From NCBI GenBank assembly GCA_963776275.1, contig CAVZMI010000018.1, positions 1-64,000 of the forward strand: a stretch of DNA of 64,000 bases, in the 5' to 3' direction. Shown piece after piece: positions 9,184 to 18,381 of this stretch (position 1 is its first letter; each line of letters starts with the position of its first letter). Under the pieces are notes generated by a model, which saw only the letters and a list, made by a program, of their open reading frames with translations, had not been told where the DNA came from and ran no database searches. The stretch comes from Ignavibacteriota bacterium (lineage in GTDB: Bacteria; Bacteroidota; Ignavibacteria; UBA10030; CAVZMI01). A program made the position numbers and the translations under genes.

Positions 9184-11277
9184 GTGAAAGAATATTCATC
9201 GGATCATATCAGGAACCTCTGCCTCATTGGTCATGGCGGAGCGGGCAAGACGACACTCTCCGAAGCCTTGCTCCACTCCGCGAACGCTACAAGCAGACTT
9301 GGTAAAGTTGAAGAAGGAAACACGCTTTCCGATTTTCACCCCGACGAAATTGAACGCCAGATCTCCATCAATACTTCATTACTTTTTTGCGAATGGAACG
9401 CCTGCAAAATCAATATTCTGGATACACCTGGATATACAGATTTTACCGGTGAGGTAAAAGAAGCATTGAGTGTCGCCGATTCAGCCGTTATCGTCCTTAA
9501 GGCGGTTGAAGGTATCGAAGTGGGGACAGAGATTGTCTGGCGGTACACGGTCGAGAATGGGACACCTGTACTGTTCATCATCAATAAAATCGATCACGAA
9601 AATGCCGATTTCAATAGAGTTGTGGAACAAATTAAGGATCGATTCAGCCACGATGCGTGTATCCTTCAATTTCCGATCGGACACGCCCTGAACTTTAGCA
9701 GCGTCGTTGACATCATGCGCATGAAAATGCTGAAATTCTCACGAACGCCAAAAGGTACTTTTACCGAAGAGGAAATTCCGGAAGAGCATCATGCAAAAGC
9801 AAAGGCTCTTCATGAAGAGTTGATCGAGAAAATTGCTGAGTCCGATGAAAATCTCATGAATAAATTTTTCGAACAGGGAACTCTCGATGACGATGAGCTC
9901 CAGAAGGGGATCCGGTCTGCACTTCTTCAGCGAAAAGTATTTCCGATTTTCGCAGTCTCCGGAGCAGAAAACATCGGCCCCGCGGCACTTCTCGATGTTT
10001 TTGTTAATTATTGTCCTTCACCAATCGATCGCGGCCCGGTCATGGCAAAAGTCCCTGGATCGGATGACCCTGTGCCAATCAAAGCTGATCCGGCCTCACC
10101 GACCGCCCTGTTTGTGTTCAAAACTATGTCGGAACCGCATGTCGGCGAGTTATCATTCTTCCGGTTGCACTCCGGAACACTTTCGCCGGGTATGGATCTG
10201 GTGAACCAATCCAATGGTAAACCGGAGCGGATGGGACAAATCTTCGTGATGAACGGCAAGGAACGTAAAGATGTTACGAAAATATTTCCCGGTGATCTGG
10301 GAGCAGCAGTGAAATTGAAGGATACCCATACCAACAACACGCTATGCAATAAAGCAAATCCGATGTCCTTCAAACCTATCGTGTTTCCCGAGCCGGTGAT
10401 TTCGTCCGCAGTGGTTGCCAAGGCTAAAGGTGACGAGGATAAAATTGCCAATGGATTCCATTCTCTTCACGAAGAAGATCCAACATTGTTAATCACTGCC
10501 GATCCGGGACTGAACCAGACGCTCATCAGCGGGCAGGGAGAGCTTCATCTCCAGATCGTTGTGAAACGCCTGAAGGAAAAATTCGGCGTCGAAGTGGACA
10601 TGATCGAACCAAAGATACCATATCGTGAAACGATCAGAGGTTCGGCACCCGAAGTTGATTATAAGCATAAAAAACAGACAGGCGGACGGGGTCAGTACGG
10701 ACATGTTGTCATCAAGGTCGAGCCGCTTCCGCGCGGAAGCGGATTCGAGTTTGTCGATGCAATTGTCGGCGGCGTCGTTCCCGGCCGATTTATTCCCGCC
10801 GTCGAAAAAGGAATCATCGAGGCGATGCAGAACGGCGTTATCGCCGGCTGCCAGGTTGTGGATGTCAAGGTGACACTTTTTTATGGATCTTATCATTCGG
10901 TTGATTCTGACGAAAATTCTTTCAAGATTGCCGGTCGCATGGCGTTCAAGAAAGGTTTCAGGGAAGCGAAGCCGATCCTCCTGGAACCGATCTACGAGCT
11001 TGAAGTAACTGTGCCGGAGGAATATATGGGTGATGTGATGGGGGATATTTCAAGCCGTCGTGGAAAGATACTCGGCATGGAAACGGAAGGGCCATTCCAG
11101 AAAATCAAAGCCCTTGTTCCATTGAAAGAGTTGTACAGGTATTCCACTCTGTTACGCTCGATGACACAGGGACGCGGTATTCACCGCCATAAATTTAATC
11201 ACTATGAAGAAGTCCCGCGTGATGTAATGGAGAAGATCATCGCGGCAGCTGCGAAAGAAGAAGAGAAAGAAGAATAG
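9184..11277 (+). CDS. fusA: Elongation factor G paralogue (EF-G2 type)
   Basis: GHGGAGKT, ERQISI, DTPG and NKID G-motifs; KKQTGGRGQYGH domain IV; LLEPIY domain V; not in the str operon. Confidence 0.92.
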   Translation: MKEYSSDHIRNLCLIGHGGAGKTTLSEALLHSANATSRLGKVEEGNTLSDFHPDEIERQISINTSLLFCEWNACKINILDTPGYTDFTGEVKEALSVADSAVIVLKAVEGIEVGTEIVWRYTVENGTPVLFIINKIDHENADFNRVVEQIKDRFSHDACILQFPIGHALNFSSVVDIMRMKMLKFSRTPKGTFTEEEIPEEHHAKAKALHEELIEKIAESDENLMNKFFEQGTLDDDELQKGIRSALLQRKVFPIFAVSGAENIGPAALLDVFVNYCPSPIDRGPVMAKVPGSDDPVPIKADPASPTALFVFKTMSEPHVGELSFFRLHSGTLSPGMDLVNQSNGKPERMGQIFVMNGKERKDVTKIFPGDLGAAVKLKDTHTNNTLCNKANPMSFKPIVFPEPVISSAVVAKAKGDEDKIANGFHSLHEEDPTLLITADPGLNQTLISGQGELHLQIVVKRLKEKFGVEVDMIEPKIPYRETIRGSAPEVDYKHKKQTGGRGQYGHVVIKVEPLPRGSGFEFVDAIVGGVVPGRFIPAVEKGIIEAMQNGVIAGCQVVDVKVTLFYGSYHSVDSDENSFKIAGRMAFKKGFREAKPILLEPIYELEVTVPEEYMGDVMGDISSRRGKILGMETEGPFQKIKALVPLKELYRYSTLLRSMTQGRGIHRHKFNHYEEVPRDVMEKIIAAAAKEEEKEE

Positions 11278-11305
11278 TTACTTAAGTGAGGTGAACACCA
11301 GAAGA

Positions 11306-11342
11306 GAGCTCTGCATATCTACTGCGGGGCTCATCCTTTTTT
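11306..11342 (+). terminator. Probable intrinsic terminator after the EF-G2 gene
   Basis: GAGCTCTGCA-TATCTAC-TGCGGGGCTC stem (with G-U pairs) followed by CCTTTTTT. Confidence 0.6.
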
Positions 11343-11366
11343 CCAACAGACAATTGAGAGGATGCT

Positions 11367-11876
11367 ATGGATAGGCTCTGGTCGCCCTGGAGATCGAAAT
11401 ATATCGAATCGTTCGCCAATGAAACAAAAGCATCGAGGGATGCAGATCAATGCCTTTTCTGCCGCATCCTTTCCGCTCCGGAGAAAGACGAAGAAAATCT
11501 CGTCCTGTATCGAGGATCTTCCTGTTTCGTCGTGTTAAACCTTTTTCCGTATAACAGCGGTCACCTGATGATTGTTCCGCACACGCACACGGGCGAACTC
11601 TCGGGATTGTCTGAAAATGAATCGGCCGAGATTATGAGCTGTTCACAACAGTGTGTGAAGGCCCTGACAGAAGCACTTCATCCCCATGGATTCAACATCG
11701 GGATGAATATCGGCCGTGTCAGCGGTGCGGGAATTGACGGGCACATCCATATGCATATTGTCCCGCGGTGGAATGGAGACACGAACTTCATGCCGGTACT
11801 TGCGGACACCAGGATAATTTCAGAGGCACTTGAGGATACATATAAAAAAATAAAGGACGCATTAAGGAAGATATAA
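11367..11876 (+). CDS. HIT-family hydrolase (Ap4A phosphorylase-like)
   Basis: LWSPWR..YI, CLFC, NLFPYNSGH and HIHMHIVPRW. Confidence 0.92.
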   Translation: MDRLWSPWRSKYIESFANETKASRDADQCLFCRILSAPEKDEENLVLYRGSSCFVVLNLFPYNSGHLMIVPHTHTGELSGLSENESAEIMSCSQQCVKALTEALHPHGFNIGMNIGRVSGAGIDGHIHMHIVPRWNGDTNFMPVLADTRIISEALEDTYKKIKDALRKI

Positions 11877-11916
11877 GCACAACACCTGTAATTTTGTGAC
11901 TGCAAAAGGTTTTTCT

Positions 11917-14073
11917 CTACCGAAGCAATATCATTTTTTTTGTGGCTGTGAATCCTTCCATCGATAATCTATAATAATACACTCCGCTCGGCAGATTCTC
12001 ACCTGAAAACTCAGCCTCGTATTCTCCTATTGAAAGCTGCGTGTTAATAAGCGTAGCGACTTCATGTCCAAGGACATCATAAACACGTAGAGTCACATAT
12101 TTGGATCCCGGTATTTGAAATTTGATCTTTGTGGTGGGATTAAACGGATTCGGATAATTTTGTTCAAGTGAGATAGTCTTCGGCATTCGGTCGATATGTT
12201 GGATTAATTCGCTGGGAATCACCACGATAGTGTCGGAGAAGAAAGATTTTGTGTCCCAGAGGGCTATCAGCCGGAATCTGTCGATTGTATTATTAATGAC
12301 AGTTGCACTGTACGGGATCACTGTCCTGATAAATGCGGGTGACTCTGGGATAGCGACCGACCCGCTTTTATCTGATGTGACAATCACTTCGATCGGTGAT
12401 GAGAGAACATCAAGGTTATGATAACGGTCGAATCGCCGTACATAATATGGAAATTCAACTCCGAAAAAAACCGTATCGCATTGTCCGTCTGAACCGTTCC
12501 ATGTTGCGCCATGGACGCTTCCGCCCGTTTCATCATATGGAAAAATATCGAGAGTGACGATTGGACCGGGAATAACGTTGAAGGAAGGAGTTGTTCCGAC
12601 TACGCCGTTCGTATCGTAGAATGAAAAGCTTATAGGCATATTCTCGGCAAGCATCATGAATGTCCTGATTTGTGCGATGCCGTCCTGGAACACATTATCA
12701 CCCACGGTATTTTCTTTTATGTACACTCCATATTTATTTAGGTATCCTACTTTCCATTGCTCTTGGGTTGCGACCGAGTTATTCACCCAGAAGGGAAGAA
12801 CAGGATTGGCGTAATTTGCTAGGCGATTTCCTTTTGAATCTTTTGCTATGACTGTCCACTCCACACTATCGGTGGCCGCGACTCCATTTGGAGGGGGATT
12901 CCCGGTCACATCGAAGGATGCAACCAACGGTGTAGGATTATGCCAGTGGGCGATGTTGCTGCATGGTTTTCCTCCAGCCAGGGAAAAATTTCCAATGACA
13001 TACAGATCTAGGTTATTAGCCACAAATCCCCGGACGATCCCATTCACACCGCTGCCGAGAGGCTGCCACTGTATAACATCCCACTTTGCGATATTCGATA
13101 TTGGCTGTTGATCGACTTTTAGTAATTCGCCTCCGATATATACTTCTTTTCCATTCATTGCGATGGCATAAATGCTGGTTCCATCTATACTGTTGACGGC
13201 AGATTGCCAGGTCGTACCGTCCCATTTCGCAAGATATTTTGAAGGCTGACCATTCATCACCGTAAACTGGCCGCCTGCGTAGAGATTATTTCCACTTGCA
13301 GCCAGTGAATATACATAATCATTCGGTCCTGTTCCTAATGACTTCCATACACTTGCATCCCATTGTGCAATGTTATTTGCTGCAATTCCACCTGCTAGGG
13401 TAAACGAGCCGCTCACACATATCGATGTTTTATATACTGCAACTGAAAATACTGTCCCATTAACACCAGTTCCAAGTGCTTCCCAATGTGTGCCAGTCCA
13501 CTTTGCGATATTTGATGCAGGTTGCCCTCCTGCACTTCCGAATCTTCCCCCCACATAAACATCGGTTCCATTGATAGCGATCGCGTAAACTTCACCATCC
13601 ACTCCGGTTCCTAAAGGGTACCATGTTGTACCATCCCACCGGGCGATTGCGTTTACTTCCTTACCATCTGCATATCTGAAGGTTCCGCCCACATAGACAT
13701 ACGGACCATTCACAGCAATCGCACGCACCCATCCATCTATTCCGTTTCCCATTCGATTCCAGTGTGTGCCGTCCCACCGTGCAATGTTATTCAGGTTTGT
13801 CTGATCTCCCGCCTCATTAAAAGAGCCGCCAACATACAGATTGTTCCCGTCGGTTGCAATCGCATAGGGAGAGCCATATAATCCATTGGACACTCCGAAT
13901 GTATCGCGCCAGCTGCTATCTTCCGGAACGGATGCCAGATGTTGTTGGGAAAGAAGATTCTGGCTAGTAAAAAGTTGATTTTTATATAAAGGGAGTCTTG
14001 TGTCGGGTTGTCCGAATAGACTTAATGGAGCCAGAAAGAAAAAGCCTATGAGAAAAAAAAGAAATCTCTTCGT
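11917..14073 (-). CDS. Secreted 7-repeat beta-propeller protein with a T9SS type-A C-terminal sorting domain
   Basis: Seven ~46-aa repeats (AIA..G..VYVGG.F..AGG....IA.WDG..W); C-terminal LEQNYPNPFNPTT...KKMILLR; frame stays open 60 codons upstream of 13893, reaching the signal peptide (ACG)KRFLFFLIGFFFLAPLSLFG. Confidence 0.85.
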   Translation of the reverse strand, partial: TKRFLFFLIGFFFLAPLSLFGQPDTRLPLYKNQLFTSQNLLSQQHLASVPEDSSWRDTFGVSNGLYGSPYAIATDGNNLYVGGSFNEAGDQTNLNNIARWDGTHWNRMGNGIDGWVRAIAVNGPYVYVGGTFRYADGKEVNAIARWDGTTWYPLGTGVDGEVYAIAINGTDVYVGGRFGSAGGQPASNIAKWTGTHWEALGTGVNGTVFSVAVYKTSICVSGSFTLAGGIAANNIAQWDASVWKSLGTGPNDYVYSLAASGNNLYAGGQFTVMNGQPSKYLAKWDGTTWQSAVNSIDGTSIYAIAMNGKEVYIGGELLKVDQQPISNIAKWDVIQWQPLGSGVNGIVRGFVANNLDLYVIGNFSLAGGKPCSNIAHWHNPTPLVASFDVTGNPPPNGVAATDSVEWTVIAKDSKGNRLANYANPVLPFWVNNSVATQEQWKVGYLNKYGVYIKENTVGDNVFQDGIAQIRTFMMLAENMPISFSFYDTNGVVGTTPSFNVIPGPIVTLDIFPYDETGGSVHGATWNGSDGQCDTVFFGVEFPYYVRRFDRYHNLDVLSSPIEVIVTSDKSGSVAIPESPAFIRTVIPYSATVINNTIDRFRLIALWDTKSFFSDTIVVIPSELIQHIDRMPKTISLEQNYPNPFNPTTKIKFQIPGSKYVTLRVYDVLGHEVATLINTQLSIGEYEAEFSGENLPSGVYYYRLSMEGFTATKKMILLR

Positions 14074-14450
14074 GTGGAATGAATCGGTTGTTGAGGATAT
14101 TGAATACTGTCGTTTGTCATGAAATATTGTTGGATTATTGAAATCATCAATACTTAAAAGTACGGGGGGTAAGTTTTTGATGTGTGATATGACTCACGAT
14201 ATTTAATCCCCGGTCGTAAGTCTTTAATGAAATCTTAATCTAATATCATAAATATAGATTATCTTTCGTTGAAAATCAAGATTAGAGATATATCATCAAT
14301 TACTGCCGACAAATATCCCCTTTTTATCTGGGATAGTGTCATCGTCCGGGCTGAGAATAGCCGTTGGAAAATTACTACAAGGGTATCCCCTTAGAAGGAC
14401 ACAAATTGAAAAAAGAAGCGCACTACTTTCGTCAAATTGCAGATTTAATA

Positions 14451-15426
14451 TTACAGCCGACTTGATCTACCTTTCCGATCTTCACCAATCTGAATTTCAC
14501 CGCCGACAAGATTTAACTTTCCATTTACATGGACAGCAGGTATATCGATCCGATAAGTTCCATCGGGAAGTCGCTCAGCTACCGGGAGCCGATGACCTGT
14601 TGAATCCTGGATAAAGTGGCAACCCTGGCAATTCTGGATGAGAGAACCTCTGACATGGTCTTTAATGGGAAGAGGATTATCGGTTGCCGGATCGCCATGG
14701 CAGCTACCACACGGTGCCTGATTGCTTGCAGTCCAGATTACGACAGTATTCTGATTACCGCCAACAAATGATCCATGGCAATAAGTATCTGCGCATGAAC
14801 TGTTTGCCCGATCATATTTCGGATTTGGGAAATGACCTTCCCCCGATTCTCCGGATCTTGTGTATGCAAGCGAGTCACTAAATATGACTGCGGCACCCGG
14901 TGCTGTCAGATCAATATGATTCGGGTCCGAGAACGACTCTGGCGGCCGATGACATGTCGAACAGTGATAACCGCCGGATATCGTTGCCGCTTTAAGATGC
15001 TTTTGATGTGCGCCGACTCCTCGTGCACTTGTTATTGTGTCTCCCGCAAGATCTCTCGGTGGCGCAATACTGGCCGCGCTTCCATGGCATGTGGTACACG
15101 CTTCAGGACCTCTCTGGTGGCATGTGAAGCATGATATACTTGTTGCTCCGCCTTTGTAATCGATACCATGACAGCTCTGGCATTCCTTCATGCTGTACCC
15201 CTGCGCGGCAATGGCGTTTCCATGGAAACCGGAATCCGAGGGATCAGTCCAGCCGGTATTGTGAAACTCTGACTCAACCGGGTTCATCCTCTGTGAACTT
15301 TCTTCCAATTTACTGCAGCCGCTCAGTACGAGGAGTCGCACATACAATTCTACCGATACAAATACACCCAAACCCAAGGTTCCCGGTCAAATGCTCCAGC
15401 CGGCCAGCTCGTCTGTCTTTGTTCAT
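14451..15426 (-). CDS. Multiheme c-type cytochrome lipoprotein (6 CxxCH + 1 CxxxxCH); probable frameshift near 15335 in the signal peptide
   Basis: CQSCH, CFTCH, CTTCH, CSTCH, CADTYCH, CGSCH, CQGCH; LVLSGC lipobox; start uncertain (ATG 15426 with an indel, or TTG 15377). Confidence 0.85.
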
Positions 15427-15518
15427 TGAAGTTGGACGGGCTGAGCGTGCAGTTGCATACCTTTGGGATATATGTACAAACCACATAGTCTTCTCGTTAT
15501 CAGACGATGAATATTCAA

Positions 15519-16820
15519 TCAACCGTGACAATAGCCACAGAAGAATCGACCTTTGACGCCGCCCGGATGTGCATTTGGGTCGGTATGGCATATATAGCAG
15601 ATTGCTCCCGGATCATTATGCCAGTTACCATGTTCGGAATTGAGATATCCACCCTGATGCGTTTTGGGATCAGTTCCTCTGACGCCGTCGGGATCGTTAT
15701 GGCAGGTGATGCATATCGGATCCGACCCCTGCGTGTCATGACAGGCCTGGCAGGTTTCGATGTCGCGTCGTGCAAATTCCGCATGTCGTCCTCCGCCGGA
15801 TCCGGCCATTCTTCCAGTTGTAAAACCGACGCCGGAGTGCCAGACAGGTGCCGGTTGATTGCGGAGGGTAATGCCGCCGTCCTGTGCATGACATTGCACA
15901 CAGAATGAGCGTACTTCATGGCAACTCGAGCAGTCTGATGCCTTTCCTTTTGCCTCGATCCCGTGCGTGAAGCGGTAATTCAGCGAATGTACAAGTTCCA
16001 GTGTCATTGGTTTGCCCCGATCTGTTCCACTCCGGCTTGTCGGTGCACCAAAAGATGTATAGACATCACTTTTTTTTGCATCGGTTTTTCCGATTACTGC
16101 GTCGGTATGACAATCCTGACAGAACGTATCGGTGCGATGACACATCTGACAATTTTCATCTCTACCACCGAGACGTGCAAATTGCTTATGTTCCTTTTTA
16201 AAATCACTGACGCGATGGCTCGGTGGTAATAAGCCGACTGTCGTAATATGGCATGCTTCGCAAATATTCGTTGCAAGCCGGATCTTAAACTCTAAAGAAT
16301 CGTTGTTCGCCTTGATAATTTCCTGGGATTCTAGCGATTCAAGTCCGCCGTTGTGGCATTTATAACATATCGCCATTGTCGGGAGCGATGATGAACCGGA
16401 ATAGGCTACAGAGTCGAGTCTTTTGTGGCAGTTTTCACAGACTAATTCCAGTGTGTCGAGGTGGTACTCGTGGCTGAACATGATCGAGCGTTCCGGAGTG
16501 TTAAAAGGGACGTAAGGCTCGGCTCCAAGATGACAGTACTTACATTCTGTTGTCTTCTCATCGTGGCATTTATAACAGTCTGCCATTTTGGGTAAAATGT
16601 TATCGCGGGCGCCCTTGCTTTTTTGTGCTGTGGAATGACAATCGATACACGATGCACCCACATCTTTCAGATGGTATTGATGGGAAAATTTGATCGTCTG
16701 CGTTTGGTCTTCACCCCGATACCTCGCGGTAACTATAGGTAAACGGAGTGGGCCAATCTCAATAAGCAGTAAGAGAAGCCCGACACAACCGGTGAGAAAT
16801 ACAAATGACTTCACACTCAT
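15519..16820 (-). CDS. 14-heme c-type cytochrome (cytochrome c3/c7-like N-terminal repeats)
   Basis: 14 CxxCH motifs counted; FSH..H distal-His patterns; N-terminal hydrophobic leader. Confidence 0.92.
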   Translation of the reverse strand: MSVKSFVFLTGCVGLLLLLIEIGPLRLPIVTARYRGEDQTQTIKFSHQYHLKDVGASCIDCHSTAQKSKGARDNILPKMADCYKCHDEKTTECKYCHLGAEPYVPFNTPERSIMFSHEYHLDTLELVCENCHKRLDSVAYSGSSSLPTMAICYKCHNGGLESLESQEIIKANNDSLEFKIRLATNICEACHITTVGLLPPSHRVSDFKKEHKQFARLGGRDENCQMCHRTDTFCQDCHTDAVIGKTDAKKSDVYTSFGAPTSRSGTDRGKPMTLELVHSLNYRFTHGIEAKGKASDCSSCHEVRSFCVQCHAQDGGITLRNQPAPVWHSGVGFTTGRMAGSGGGRHAEFARRDIETCQACHDTQGSDPICITCHNDPDGVRGTDPKTHQGGYLNSEHGNWHNDPGAICYICHTDPNAHPGGVKGRFFCGYCHG

Positions 16821-16832
16821 AGTTATCCTATC

Positions 16833-18104
16833 CTATAGTTGATCGAAGAACCAGTAGTTGAGACGGAAAAATAATCTTCCATCGCTCTTATAAATTTTAT
16901 TATTGAAATATTGACCCTGGAGATCGAACGACAATGATGGGAAGGGACGGAATGAAATTCCGAGAAGCGCGGAAAGGCTCCTATCGGTTCCCGATTCATC
17001 AGAGAGCTTATAGCAAGCGTACTCAAGGCCGCAGGATCCGGTAATTTTTGATTCCACCAATGGAATTGCCGTATTCAACTGAATCCCGTCAAGTGCCCCC
17101 GCATAACCGAGATTTTTGAAATATCCTCCCTCGAAATACGACCAACGACCGCCGAGACTGAGGCGCTGCGTTTTTGCATCAGTGAATGAGACTTGTCCAA
17201 ATCGTGCGTGTACCTGCGTCGTTGGTGTAAAACTGTACACCATGCCTCCCTCGATCTCGTCGGAATTGCTGTAATTGAATACCGAGAAAATCGAATTGGC
17301 AGCTAAATGAGGGACACGGTGGATGAAATTTGCGATAATGCCAAGGTACTCTGTGACGCTCACCCGTCCGGCAAACTCAATTCGTCCGTTGCGATCCAGA
17401 TTGAGGTCATAATCATATCGTCCATAAACTGAGAAAAGCGTTTCGTATCTATAATTGATATCGCCACTGAGATATTGCTCGGCATTTGTCGTGAGATCGA
17501 CGGTGAACGGAATCGTATTCTGAATCGCACTCCGGGATGTGATATAGATTTCCGGTTTTGTCTGCCGGTTCATGTAGCTCAATCCAAAACGAAGTGCAGG
17601 CATGGGGTTGACGATGACCTGACCTCCCATCATCCTGTTTTTTGAAAAATCATTAATAATTTTCAATTCCTGATTGATGGGAAGAAGACCACCATAATAT
17701 GCCGTAACAGCGAACTTACCATCCCACAGTGCAGCTTTTGCGAGAGCTCCGTCGATTACGCCATTGCCGGCGCCGGCAAAGACAGGAAGTCGGCCCAGGT
17801 TGATCTCTCCGATACCGGCGATATTCTTCCACCGGATGTAAAGGTTAAGAAACCGGATGAGAGGATCTTCCGTGAGTCTATTGCTGAAATCCGTCGATGC
17901 CTGAAAGTAAGTATGGAGGGAAAGATTAGAATACCGAAAATCGAATTGTGCTCCCTGAAAACCTCGCCAGTGTGCGTACGATATTCCCGCACTGTCTTTC
18001 CGCTGCCACGAATACACGGATGTCGCCAAACGTCCGTTTATCGATTGTGCAACGAGCACTGCAGGAACAAGAATGGCGATGAAACAAAGCAATAATCGTT
18101 TCAT
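16833..18104 (-). CDS. Predicted outer-membrane beta-barrel protein (putative cytochrome-associated porin)
   Basis: Signal peptide ending VLVA-Q; alternating aromatic/Gly-rich strands throughout; C-terminal RLFFRLNYWF; flanked by cytochrome genes. Confidence 0.75.
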   Translation of the reverse strand: MKRLLLCFIAILVPAVLVAQSINGRLATSVYSWQRKDSAGISYAHWRGFQGAQFDFRYSNLSLHTYFQASTDFSNRLTEDPLIRFLNLYIRWKNIAGIGEINLGRLPVFAGAGNGVIDGALAKAALWDGKFAVTAYYGGLLPINQELKIINDFSKNRMMGGQVIVNPMPALRFGLSYMNRQTKPEIYITSRSAIQNTIPFTVDLTTNAEQYLSGDINYRYETLFSVYGRYDYDLNLDRNGRIEFAGRVSVTEYLGIIANFIHRVPHLAANSIFSVFNYSNSDEIEGGMVYSFTPTTQVHARFGQVSFTDAKTQRLSLGGRWSYFEGGYFKNLGYAGALDGIQLNTAIPLVESKITGSCGLEYACYKLSDESGTDRSLSALLGISFRPFPSLSFDLQGQYFNNKIYKSDGRLFFRLNYWFFDQL

Positions 18105-18381
18105 GAATTTCTGCTTGAGTAAGGGTGAACGAAAATGCTCTCCTGTTGAATTGCAGTATTAAAAATTTCACTCCGGTCTGTCTTTGTGGAAGACCGTGAT
18201 GATTTTACTAGTGCCCCTACAACTAATTAAATACCGCGAAGCGGTACTGTTTCACCGTATACAAACAAAGGGGCACAGTACCATCAAAGCTTATAGAAAA
18301 TAATTGCTGTAAGGGAAAACAACCATAGTTGAAGAAATATTGAGCAGGCACTGTTTAATCATTTAATTGGATGGGTACCAG

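Noticed and set aside
7944-11302. Exact 15-bp repeat GAGGTGAACACCAGA at 7944-7958 and 11288-11302
   Set aside because: About one or a few 15-mer matches are expected by chance in 64 kb; there are only two copies and no array or element structure
12940-13890. Repetitive DNA that might be a CRISPR array or tandem repeat
   Set aside because: The repeats are degenerate, in-frame ~46-codon protein propeller blades; there are no identical repeats with spacers and no cas genes
14050-14120. Possible Tat signal (STRRDFF) from ATG 14120 for the T9SS protein
   Set aside because: It is out of frame unless the A8 run is miscalled; T9SS cargo is normally Sec-exported and an in-frame Sec-type peptide is present
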